64,000 bases of DNA from assembly GCA_951406725.2 (NCBI GenBank), contig OX597827.1, positions 42,718,001-42,782,000 of the forward strand. The letters run 5' to 3'. The notes beneath the pieces were generated by a model. It saw nothing but the letters and a program-made list of their open reading frames with translations. It was not told the origin of the DNA and made no database searches. Each line of letters begins with the position of its first letter. Position 1 is the stretch's first letter. Made by a program: the position numbers and the translations under genes. This DNA is from Octopus vulgaris (taxonomy: Eukaryota). Positions 52,065-64,000 of this stretch are shown here, piece after piece.

Positions 52065-52541
52065 TATATACATATATATATGTATGTATATATATATATA
52101 TATTTACATTTATATTTATATATATATAAGAAATTAACTGTGTAAAAGTTAATACAAAGAGTATTCCATCCAATGAGAGCTCAATATCAGTAAATGTTTC
52201 AACTACTTGTACAATCATGCTACTAATAGTTTCCCCGTACATGCGTGCGTTCATCAGGCGCCTATCACCTTTGTTTGTTTTTTTTTTCTTTTTCTTCCCA
52301 AACCATTCTTTATACCAGTCGCTCAACATTCTCTAGCAGCCTTCTAAACTATAGCTGCTTAGATGGTATGGGTATGTTTGTAGTGGAATAGTCGATATAA
52401 GTCCATATTTGCGTGAAACTTGATTGAGTCTTTTAAGAGTGTCTCTCTTATCCTGTATTCCTTAACAAACTTGAATGAGTCGTTGTTGCTTTACTTGTCA
52501 TCATCATCATTGTTGCTGTTGTTGTTGTTTTGTCTCAAGCC

Positions 52542-52935
52542 GTGGAGGCGCAATGGCCCAGTGGTTAGGGCAGCGGACTCGCGGTCATAGGATCGCGGTT
52601 TCGATTCCCGGACCAGGCGTTGTGAGTGTTTATTGAGCGAAAACACCTAAAAGCTCCACGAGGCTCCGGCAGGGGATGGTGGTGATCCCTGCTGTACTCT
52701 TTCACCACAACTTTCTCTCACTCTTACTTCCTGTTTCTGTTGTACCTGTATTTCAAGGGGCCGGCCTTGTCACTCTCTGTGTCACGCTGAATATCATCGG
52801 GAACTACGTTATGGGTGCACGTGTCTGTGGAGTGCTCAGCCACTTACACGTTAATTTCACGAGCAGGCTGTTCCGTTGATTCGGATCAACCGGAACCCTC
52901 ATCGTCGTAACCGACGGAGTGCTTCCATCCATCCA
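52542..52935 (+). mobile_element. SINE family B, full length
   Basis: 13-bp TSD TTTGTCTCAAGCC (52529-52541 and 52936-52948); (TCCA)n tail. Confidence 0.93.
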
Positions 52936-53262
52936 TTTGTCTCAAGCCAGCCCTGATCCAGCTGACCTCTGATCAGATGAATTCCGACCATAGCCTTCCT
53001 GTTTTATATTTAAACATAGAGTAGCTAAGACTGCCTTATCCACCGTGTTCTGTTGTTTTCGGCAACAGCTGCAAAGGTCAGGGGCTTCGGCCCTTCTCTT
53101 CTTCCTGCCTCAGCAAAGAAACAAATAGCTAAAAAGAAAGGGAAAAAAAAAGAAAAAGAAAACGAAAAAAGAGCTGATAAGACGGAAATATCCATCAGCA
53201 CTACTTTTAGAAATCAACTTCATTTTAGGTATCGATCAATCGATCTTCCGATTATTGATTGG

Positions 53263-53296
<34 letters not shown>

Positions 53297-53359
53297 TTTA
53301 AGATTGTACAAGATAAATTGATTCATCTATGTTGAGATGAGTTTTCCGTCCCCTCCTCG

Positions 53360-54535
53360 CTGCCACCGCCTCCACCACCAACAGCAACAACAATAACAAC
53401 ACTGTCACCACCACCACTACCAACACCACCACCAACAACAACACCAACAACAATACTACAAACATCACCTACGCCACCACCAACAGCAATACTACAAATA
53501 CTACCTACGCCTCCACACCCTACCACCACCATCATCAATACTGCCACCATCATCACCTCCACCACTTCCACCAACAACAACAACAACATCACGAACAACA
53601 AAAACAGCACTAACACCAACATCATAGGCACCGCCACCGCAGCCACCACCACCACCGACAACACCAACACCACCATCTTTACCATCAATACCAACACTAC
53701 CACCACCACTCTTACAATCACTTCCACTACAGCAACAACGACAACAATCACTGACACCACTACAACCAATAACACCACCACAACTAGCATCACCACCACA
53801 ACTAGCACCATCACCATAATAACTCTAAAATCACCACCACTACCACCACTACGATCCCAACCACCATTTCAACAACACTAACACTACCACCACAACTACA
53901 TTGCCATCATTGCGACCACTACCACCACCACCACTACCACCACCACCACCATTTCCACCATTATCACCATCATTTCCACCATCGCCACCACCACCACCAC
54001 CACCACCACTACTACCACCAGCACCACTACCACCGCCACCACCACTACCGCAACCACTTCCACCACCACTACCACCACCATTTCCACCATTATCACCATC
54101 ATTTCCACCATCACCACCACCACCACCGCCATCACCGCCATCATCACCACCATCACCACCACTACCACCACTACCACTTCTTCCACCACTATCATCGCCA
54201 CCACCGCCACAACTTCTTCCACCACCACTACCACTATTATCACCACCATTGCCACCACAACCACCACCACCACTACCGCAACCACTTCCACCACCACTAC
54301 CACCACCATTTCCACCATTATCACCATCATTTCCACCATCGCCACCACCACCACCACCACCACCGCCACCATCACCACCATCACCACCACTACCACCACT
54401 ACCACTTCTTCCACCACTATCACCGCCACCACCGCCACAACTTCTTCCACCACCACCACTACCATTTCCATCATCGCCACCACTACCACTATTATCACCA
54501 CCATTGCCACCACCACCACCACCACCAATACCATC
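53360..54535. repeat. Cryptic (ACC)n tract with a higher-order duplication
   Basis: Variant blocks recur about 228 bp apart. Confidence 0.85.
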
Positions 54536-54757
54536 ATTACTTAATTTAAAGCCTCTACCTTTGAACGGTTAAACTGAACGAATGCCGCTGGTGCCACGCT
54601 AAGCTGGAATAAGATAAATATGGACGCTACAACACAAACACAGAGTCACGAGTGGCTAGAAAGTCTTTGATCGGAGCAACAAGACTGCTGAATGTGGAAT
54701 GACCCCCACCAGGGGTTAATCTACTACTACTGCTACCACTACTTTCACAACTCTTGC

Positions 54758-54790
<33 letters not shown>

Positions 54791-55068
54791 GTCTGTTGCT
54801 GTTCTTGTTGCTGCTGCTGTTGTTGTTGTTACTGCTGCATGCGTACGTATGTCGCCACGGAAGCAGAACAAGATATGTCACATAAATATACCGGTCATAG
54901 CTGGCTGAAACATCTTTTTGATCACAAGAGACGGACGTAGGACTTTACGGAATGACAAATGACCCCACCCCTCAACCCCCAGGTGGGAGGTGGTGGTGGT
55001 GGTGGGGGGGCTTTCCAAACTACACCTGCAAGCTGCTACTAATGCCTCGGCTGCTGCAGTGCTATTGC

Positions 55069-55109
<41 letters not shown>

Positions 55110-55194
55110 ATGATGATGCTGTTGCTGTTTCCAAACGTAATGTCGTCACACAACCAGATCAAAATATATGAGAAAGTTTTGTGACATAAATAAA

Positions 55195-55226
<32 letters not shown>

Positions 55227-55332
55227 CATATATATACATATATATACATATATATATATATACATATATATATATACATATATATACATATATATACATA
55301 TATATATATATATATGTATGTATGTACATATA

Positions 55333-55363
<31 letters not shown>

Positions 55364-55740
55364 GCATATATATATATGCATATATATACACATATATATA
55401 TATATGCATATATATATATACATATATATACATATATGTATATATATATATACACACATATATATATACTTTTATATATATACATATATATATATGTATA
55501 TATATATACATATATATATATATATGTATGTATATGTATATATATAGAAATATATTTATATATATACATATATATATATATGTATGTATGTATATATATA
55601 TATATTGGTCATAGCTGGTTGGCTGGAACGATGGAATGAGTTTGATCACAGGACACAGGAACTTCCGTAGTATCAGGAATGACCTGAGGAGGTGAGGAGG
55701 TGGTGGTGGTGGTGGGAGGTACCAGTTGAACTATTACCAC

Positions 55741-55801
<61 letters not shown>

Positions 55802-55907
55802 TAATTTCGCGGCTCTTTGAACCTCTGAAACGAACCGAAACTTATGCTGGTTGACACGTATAAGGATAAGATAAATGTTGTATAAGTTATGACATAAACA
55901 AACAGCA

Positions 55908-56004
<97 letters not shown>

Positions 56005-56275
56005 TAATAATAATAATAATAAACGCTTCTAAAGCAAACTTCGTTTGCTTGTTTACGTTTGTTTACGATGGGTGGATGGATGGGTGGGTGGACGGATAGG
56101 TGAATGGATGGGTGGACGGATGGGTGGATGGATGGGTGGACGGATGGGTGGATGGACTGATGAATGGACGGATGGGTGGATGGAAGGGTGGATGGGTGGA
56201 CGATGGATGGACGGATGGGTGGACGGATGGGTGGATGGGTGGATGGATGGATGGATGGTCAGATGGATTGGTAGA
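55195..56275. repeat. (TA)n, (TAG)n, (TAA)n and (GGAT)n tracts
   Basis: Directly visible. Confidence 0.9.
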
Positions 56276-56519
56276 ATCGGTCGGTAGAGCATCGGACATC
56301 TTTGTTCTGGTAATTTAGGATCGCAATACCCATCTCGAGCTGACCAATTTGGCCATTTGTATGTCCGAGGTGGATAATGTAAAGGAATGCAATTTCAATT
56401 CATTGATGCCCTCGACTTTTGTGCCTCGACGTCTCCAAGAAGTTGCAGACTGGTTGCTTGGTTGTACAGGCGTTGTGTGAAGACTGCTATATATGTTTCG
56501 AACTGATCTCCATCCTCTA

Positions 56520-56870
56520 TTCCTGTAAGAATCATAGCAGTAGAATCTTCTGGCCCCTTCTCCAAAGGGTCCTATCAGAAGCAACCGTTATGATACATTC
56601 CGATTGGATTCTCAAGCGTGACCAACTGGAACTAGGGATATTATCCAAATATCTCGTTCTTGGTCTAATCTTAGCCCTACTCCCACCCCCACCCCACCGC
56701 CGGTTGGCTTGGCTCGAAGAATCTGTCGAGCAGTTCTAGAGAGAATTTCCTGCGAGATTCTAATCATAGTTCCATAGAACGGAAGCTGCTGTGAGCTCTC
56801 AATGCGGAGAAACAGTGGTTCGAATACAACAGAAGTCGAAAACAAACAGCGGGACGAATACAGATACCTG
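56520..56870 (-). pseudogene. RTE (Rex3/Expander-like) ORF C-terminal fragment
   Basis: Minus strand EPLFLRIESSQ..ARQILRAKPTG..RPRTRYLDNI..ASDRTLWR. Confidence 0.65.
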
Positions 56871-56989
56871 CTTGTTAGCTGGTTAAATATGACCCCCCCC
56901 CAAAAAAAAAAACTGCAATATGAAAATGGTTTGGAAGAACAACCCTACAGCATCGTCTGTCGAGCGATTTAGCAAGGGACGCATTCGGA

Positions 56990-57155
56990 TCTTGGTATGT
57001 TTGGTGTGTTTGCGCCACCCGTAACTTAACGGTTCGGAAAAAGACACCGATAGAATAAGTAGTATGTTTACAATGAATAAGTCCTGGGGGTCGATGTGTA
57101 GGACTAAAATGCGGTGCTTCAGCATGGCCGCAGTCAAATGACTGAAACAAATAAA
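56990..57155 (+). mobile_element. SINE family A, 3' half
   Basis: GTAACTTAACGGTTCGG..GACTGAAACAA. Confidence 0.8.
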
Positions 57156-57160
57156 AAACA

Positions 57161-57234
<74 letters not shown>

Positions 57235-57261
57235 GGATGGTATAGATAGATAGATAGATAA

Positions 57262-57420
57262 GTTTCTTTATTGGCCACACAGGGCTGCACACAGATGGGA
57301 CAAGTTACAAGGTAGAGCTTTTCTTTTGGGGGATGAAAAAACAAAACACAAAAAACAAAAGAAACAAAGAAAAGGTGGCGTAGGTTTTCGATCAAAAGGG
57401 ATCGTAAAAGGGGAAAAAAT
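57262..57420 (-). mobile_element. Tx1-clade LINE 3' end, copy 3, within (GATA)n
   Basis: Reverse complement of about 43670-43790; (GATA)n on both sides. Confidence 0.85.
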
Positions 57421-57424
57421 AATA

Positions 57425-57505
<81 letters not shown>

Positions 57506-57842
57506 GACAGGCAGATAGATAGATACATGCATACATACATACATACATACATACATACATACATACATACATGCATAAATAGATAGATAGACTTACAAAT
57601 ATGTATATCTGAAACCATATAGGCGTGATAAGCTGATCTAAAAATAATGTTAATTTGTAGGACAATGCAAAATGCACGTGACACTGCATCAGACCTATTA
57701 AGTTAAATTACCCGAATGAATCACACACGTACAAACACATATGAATACATGGAATTATTGTATTGTTAGGCTTGGTGCAATGTTTGTGTAACATTTCGCT
57801 TAAAGTCCTACAATTAAACCATATTCTTACGTCAGATTCTTA

Positions 57843-57892
<50 letters not shown>

Positions 57893-58021
57893 GTAGTTTT
57901 TATAGCAACACGATGTGTCTCATAATGTCTCGTCTGCAAAAATACAAAAGGGTGTGTCGCTACCACGAGACTGTTCTCTATTTTATCGTTCACTGAATTC
58001 ATGCACGTATGTATATACGAG

Positions 58022-58085
<64 letters not shown>

Positions 58086-58304
58086 GTTGTTGTGTATTGT
58101 TGTTAATTATTATGCCATTGCTTTTGTACGCCTTCTTTCTAAGTATAGTTTGTGGGGAACACGAGGTTATCAAATATGTACTTCCGTACCTGGAAAAAAA
58201 CAGACGTGTAATCAATCAAATACGTTTTAAGTCTGACCGTCCAAATATTTTATGCATTGTGTGCGTATATCTTTATATACATATATACTTTTATATAAAT
58301 ACAC

Positions 58305-58380
<76 letters not shown>

Positions 58381-58434
58381 GTTTACATATATATACGTAT
58401 AAATTTATATATACACAGAGAAAGACATACGTAT

Positions 58435-58482
<48 letters not shown>

Positions 58483-59510
58483 CAAATAAGAAAATGGAGA
58501 AACTATTTAGTTGGTACATCAGCTTTTGGATATTAGAATGTTGACTTATTTATTCATTTAACAAAAATGAGAACCTTAATAACATACATATATACATTAT
58601 AATTCAATACATATAAGATAAGAATATATATACACACATGTGTGTATGTGCACAAACACGCACACATATACACAATATACACACACATACGCACACACAC
58701 ACATAGATACACATGTATGAGGGTATGTATGTATGTTTGTATGTAGGTATGTATATGAGAAATAAGGATAAACACAAGTTTATATTTCTAGTTCCTATGC
58801 GAGTTTCACGATTATGCCTGTATGTAGCCCGGGAATAAATGTCCCAAATGTATTTAGGTGCTCAGCCCACAACGAACCAGCAGGGAACACTTTAATGAAT
58901 TAAGTTACGGATAATTACACACACATGCACATACACACAGGCGCGCGCGCACACATAGTCTTAATGCCGGTTCAAATGCGTTTAAGAAATATTTGAACCA
59001 GTTAACGCTTTTCACTTCAGTTTGACGGAGAGAAAATAATTCTCACTTAAGACAAAAGGATGTCGAAACACCATAATCAGCTTAGAGATCCCTCTATTGG
59101 ATGCATTCCGAATTCTCTTCTGTACCAGATACCAAGGGAAACAACTCTAATCTTATTAAAGCTTCCTTCAATGTAAATCACTAAATGCTATTTTCTTATT
59201 GCACTCATTGACTGAGAGGCCAAATCAAATACGGGAGAGGATGAAGTAATGAACCGGCTCCCAGTATTTCACTGGTACTTGTTAAACTAAGAATAAATGC
59301 TACATTCTTTTACTAAACCACTTGAAATAGCATTTTAACATGGCTGAAATATAAATACCTTTCTTTACTTCCGGTCTATAATATTTCATGAGTGAAATAT
59401 AATAGCAACGAATTATTTTCAAAGGGTTTTTAGAGTGTTTTGGGTGGAATTTGGTAGACGAAACTACTTAGAAGCGCATCGCTTGTGCGATGTGTGTTGT
59501 ATGCCTATGC

Positions 59511-59562
<52 letters not shown>

Positions 59563-60454
59563 ACGCGTATGTGTGAGCGTGCACGAAAGTGAGGCGTGTG
59601 CGTGTGTGTATGTATGTGTGTGTGTGTGTGTGTATGTATGTGTGTCTGTTCATATTTAGTCTAAAACCAGTGTATATTATGGCAGTGGCACCTTTATAGT
59701 GCGCGAACAAGAGTTTCGACAATAGGATCGATAAAATAAGTTTAAATTGTAATAAACTCTCGGTGATGATACCCCAGCGTGGCTGCAATCCATTGAGTGA
59801 AGCCAGTAACAGAATAGACATACTATCAGCATATTTACACTCCGCCTGCTAGAAATATCAACCAAATAACCTACAAATCACACCATAGCATTTTATGAGA
59901 AAACAAGGAAATATTGGATAATGTTGTCCTAGATACATAAGATATTCACGGCTGGGACACTTTTGGTTACAAGTGTATTAAAGAGGACTAACCTTGGGCT
60001 AAACACCAACAATTTATGATGTAAATGTGTAATTTATGCTTTACGCTAGCCAGGAATGTGTTCTCGTATCATATATGTGAAAAGTAGCAAAGGTTGGTCC
60101 CACCTGGAAGCCAATTGATGCACCAGCTTAATATTACATACTAATTTCCTTCTTCAAGTCGACGATGGAACTTCTCCATAAACTAGAAATAGAAGCTAAA
60201 CCCCGTTTTAAAACATATCCTTTTATTATAAAAATGTAATAGCATATTAGATAATGTATTCATTGATGTCTTTTGTCCCCGAAGGACATCTTTGTAAAGA
60301 CTATTCTTCGGTCTGCTCGATAAGGGGCTGAGCTGAATCTAAACAGCTACAACAATAACATAAGGTATTTAGCCCCAGGTCAGCAACAATCGAGAAGAAA
60401 TATAGCGAAAAGAGTGCCCAATATCAACATTCCGTCATTTTTTTCTTCAATCAT

Positions 60455-60626
60455 AGGCGCAGTAGTGGCTGTGTGGTAAGTAGCTTGCTTACCAACCACA
60501 TGGTTATGGGTTCAGTCCCACTGCGTGGAACCTTGGGCAAGTGTCTTTTACTATAGCCTCGGGCCGACCAAAACCTCGAGTGTGGATTTGGTAGACGGAA
60601 ACTGAAAGAAGCCCGTCGTACATATG

Positions 60627-60663
<37 letters not shown>

Positions 60664-60856
60664 ATGTTTGTGTCTGTGTTTGTCCCCTTAGCATCGCTTG
60701 ATAACCGATGCTGGTGTGTTTATGTCTCCGTAACATAGCGGTTTGGCAAAAGAGACCGATAGATTAAGTACTGGGCTTACAAAGAATAAGTCCTGGGGGC
60801 GATTTCCTCGACTAAAGGCGGTGCTCTAGCATGGCCAAAGCCAAATGACTGAAATA
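60455..60856 (+). mobile_element. SINE family A
   Basis: Complete layout. Confidence 0.9.
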
Positions 60857-60861
60857 AGGTG

Positions 60862-60950
60862 TCACTTGCCCAAGATGCCACGTAGTGGGACTGAACCCGG
60901 AACCATATGGTTGGTAAGCAAACTATTTACCACACAGCCACTCTTGCGTC
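60862..60950 (-). mobile_element. SINE family A head in inverted orientation
   Basis: Reverse complement of about 60457-60543. Confidence 0.85.
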
Positions 60951-60957
60951 GTTATAC

Positions 60958-61010
<53 letters not shown>

Positions 61011-61049
61011 CATACATACATACATACATACATACATACATACATACAT

Positions 61050-61122
<73 letters not shown>

Positions 61123-61169
61123 AATCTTTCTTTCTTTTTTTCTTTCTTTTTCCAATCAACTCCAAGAAA

Positions 61170-61280
61170 ACGAAAAGTAAAGTCGACCTCAGCAAGGTCC
61201 GAACTGAGAGCATAGAGAATCAGTGCAGCTGCCGCTTGGTATTCTTTCCGACGCTCTAGCGACTCGGCTAATTTCGCCTT
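61170..61280 (-). mobile_element. Old SINE family C fragment
   Basis: AAAGTCGACCTC..GAACTGAGA..GCTAATTTCGCCTT. Confidence 0.45.
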
Positions 61281-61794
61281 TAATAGAACGAACAGCAACT
61301 TAAAGCCACCCCACCTCTCCTTGTTATATATATATATAAATATAAAATGAGTGACATTGTGATGCATGTGATTTATGTAATTTTATGGGATAGTTCGAGG
61401 TTTTGGTGGTTGTTTTAAGGTTGGGTGTTGCTATTATATACGCGAGTAAGAAGTCCATAGTGACGTTATCTGGCACATTAGCAAATAATTATTAAACATC
61501 TCGAGAAGGAGACCTTGCCTTGGTTTTTTAAATGTTTTTCAGAATGTCAATAAATTCAGCCATTGTGTTTATAATAAAACTATTGAAGTATGGGTAATTT
61601 ATTGCCAAATACACTCACACACGCGCGCACACACATACACATACACGCACGCATACACACACGCAAAAAAAAAACAAATAAGTAACTATAAAACACTGAC
61701 ATATGTATGTATAAATATATTCGTATGTATGGATGTATATGAATATGTATATATATATATATATATATATATGCACATCTGTATATATATATAT

Positions 61795-61838
<44 letters not shown>

Positions 61839-62063
61839 ATATACATATGTATATATATATATATATACATATGCACATATATATACATATACATATATAC
61901 ACACACATATATATATACACAGACACACACACATATATATATGTACATACACATATACATACATTTATATCATATATGGTACATATACATACGCACCCAA
62001 CCATTTATGTTTATTCATTAATCGATTTTACATATATCATATGTGAAGGTGTGTGTGTGTGTG

Positions 62064-62099
<36 letters not shown>

Positions 62100-63134
62100 T
62101 GTATGTGTATGTGTCTGTGTGTGTGAAAGTTGAGAGGGAGAGAGCGTGCGCCATGTCTGCATAGAGAGTGATGCTTACAAGGAACATGTCTGCCTTGTTT
62201 TTGCTACTATCCTGTCCAGCGCGTGAATGCTTGCATATTTAGTGCACCCATTAATATACATGTGTATGTGTGTGTTTGTGTATACACGTAGTACACTTAT
62301 GGCTTAGTGGTTAAAAAGTTAGCTTCGAAACCATGAGGTCTAGGATTTCGATGCCGCAAAATGATATGTTGGCCAATTACTTTTTATAGTAGCCAAAATT
62401 CAGTGAATATAAGAAAGCGGAAACTACGGGGAAGCCTGTCTGATGGACTCTGCCGTCGCTTCGTTGAATGAGAGTTCAGTAAGACTCAGAAAATTGTGGA
62501 AAATGACCACTACCCTATGGCCGTAGTGTGCAGAGTCAAAACTGAAGAGTCCCTCTTTCTCTTCCACGTCGCTTCTTTGCTTGCTGGGAAAGTCGTATTG
62601 GACTTCTAAAGAAAGTGTGATGGCGTTGGTGTTTTGGTTTACTGATCAACCTATACCATAAATATTATTACAGTTGCGTGGTTTGTACTGAGCTAGTCCT
62701 ACTTTCTGATTGTTCAAATTTGTATTGGTGCAACAAGTACCGCGAAAACAATAGCTTTCGGGATGCAGGATATCGAATGGAGTTACTCTCTCCTTAAATG
62801 CGCAGCTAAAGTGCTGGAGGCTCTCATCTGTCCGTAGTAGAAAACTTGGCTGGTGCAAATACACGGGGTCAGAATAACATCTCCTAGAATCCCTCGAATT
62901 TTCGGACCGGAGCCGCACTACTGGATGTCATTGAAGTCATACCAATAGATTGTACTTGCAATTCAAATGTACAAAGTTGTCACAGTGTGTCACAAAGACT
63001 CTCTCTCAGAATTATGCTATGGGTAGACTTAGCTGCCGAACACTCAGCCATTTCGCACGCTCCCCCGATGACTGGGTCGTCCAGTTCATTGAACACATGG
63101 GCTTTCATACGCCTAAACCGGCGGAAGAATCCAT

Positions 63135-63204
<70 letters not shown>

Positions 63205-64000
63205 GCACGGGATTTTGTCAGTGAACAGGTTGCGGTCTCAAAGCGACGAAAATATTTCGACAAATTAAATTTAAATGTTGAAGTGAATCTAACGGTTTTG
63301 TGTGTTTCTTAAATGGCTTATAAACACCTTCCACGCTGCAATTGTTTTCGTTCCTGCGCACGATTTCAGATCAGGTCGCTTGCTATGCAAGTACATCTCC
63401 GTAATGAATATATATATATCGAATCATTAGTAATATATTTAAAAGAAAAGGTGTTTCTCTGTATGTCCTGTTACGTATGCGCAGTGATACACATTAACCG
63501 GTTATAGTGTTTTCCAGACCGAAGTACATGTTTATGCGCATGCGCGAAGACAAAAATTATCGTCAACGCTATTTGAAATATTTACTTCGCTGTTCAATCT
63601 TACGATCTCTTCATACAATTTGATTTGCTTTTGTGATAAAAGACATCTAAAAATATTTATTTCATACTGTTTACTCTCCGTTTCTTTAATACTATTTTCT
63701 TTTTATCGTTCCTCCGTAGAAAGAATTGTTTTTATTAAAGCTTATGTTTAGTTGTGTGTTAATTTTTCAGTGAATACATCTTATTAATTCATCATTGTTT
63801 TTTGTTTTTTTAATATTAGATGCACATTCTGTTAATAACTGCTTTGTAATATTTCATTTTCTAGGTCCGTGCTTTAAATGCGTTTTTTTATTATTATTTT
63901 AGACTGATGTATTACCTCCATATATTCGATCAACGTGCTAGAAAAACCAGCCAAATTACCTACTCCTCACACTTTTTGTAGTACTTAAGGACCTCGAATG

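Noticed and set aside
53901-54572. 223-aa proline-rich extensin/formin-like ORF
   Set aside because: It is a cryptic (ACC)n repeat that is also open on the opposite strand, with no splice or domain support

Overview
Repeat-saturated, AT-rich eukaryotic DNA that is intergenic or intronic. I found no convincing host protein-coding exon, and almost all listed ORFs are microsatellite artefacts. The density of (TA)n/(TG)n/(GATA)n/(CATA)n tracts and the tRNA-derived SINEs suggest an octopus genome (inference). Contents: three abundant tRNA-headed SINE families (called A, B and C here) plus modular variants; decayed non-LTR retrotransposons (CR1/L2-like, Jockey-like, several RTE fragments, two R4/Dong-like RLE fragments, one Tx1/L1-clade element); Tc1/mariner relics and MITEs; and a Helitron 3' end. 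Three signals stand out. (1) Four separate short repeats carry minimal type I hammerhead-ribozyme-like motifs, as in Penelope-derived repeats or retrozymes; two are head-to-head inverted pairs and one family is tied to (TA)n sites. (2) All three copies of the Tx1-clade LINE sit inside (TCTA)n tracts. (3) Two SINE/LINE pairs share 3' tails within the window: SINE A with the CR1-like LINE and SINE C with the Tx1 LINE. All alignments and folds were done by eye, so boundaries are approximate unless a target-site duplication (TSD) is given.
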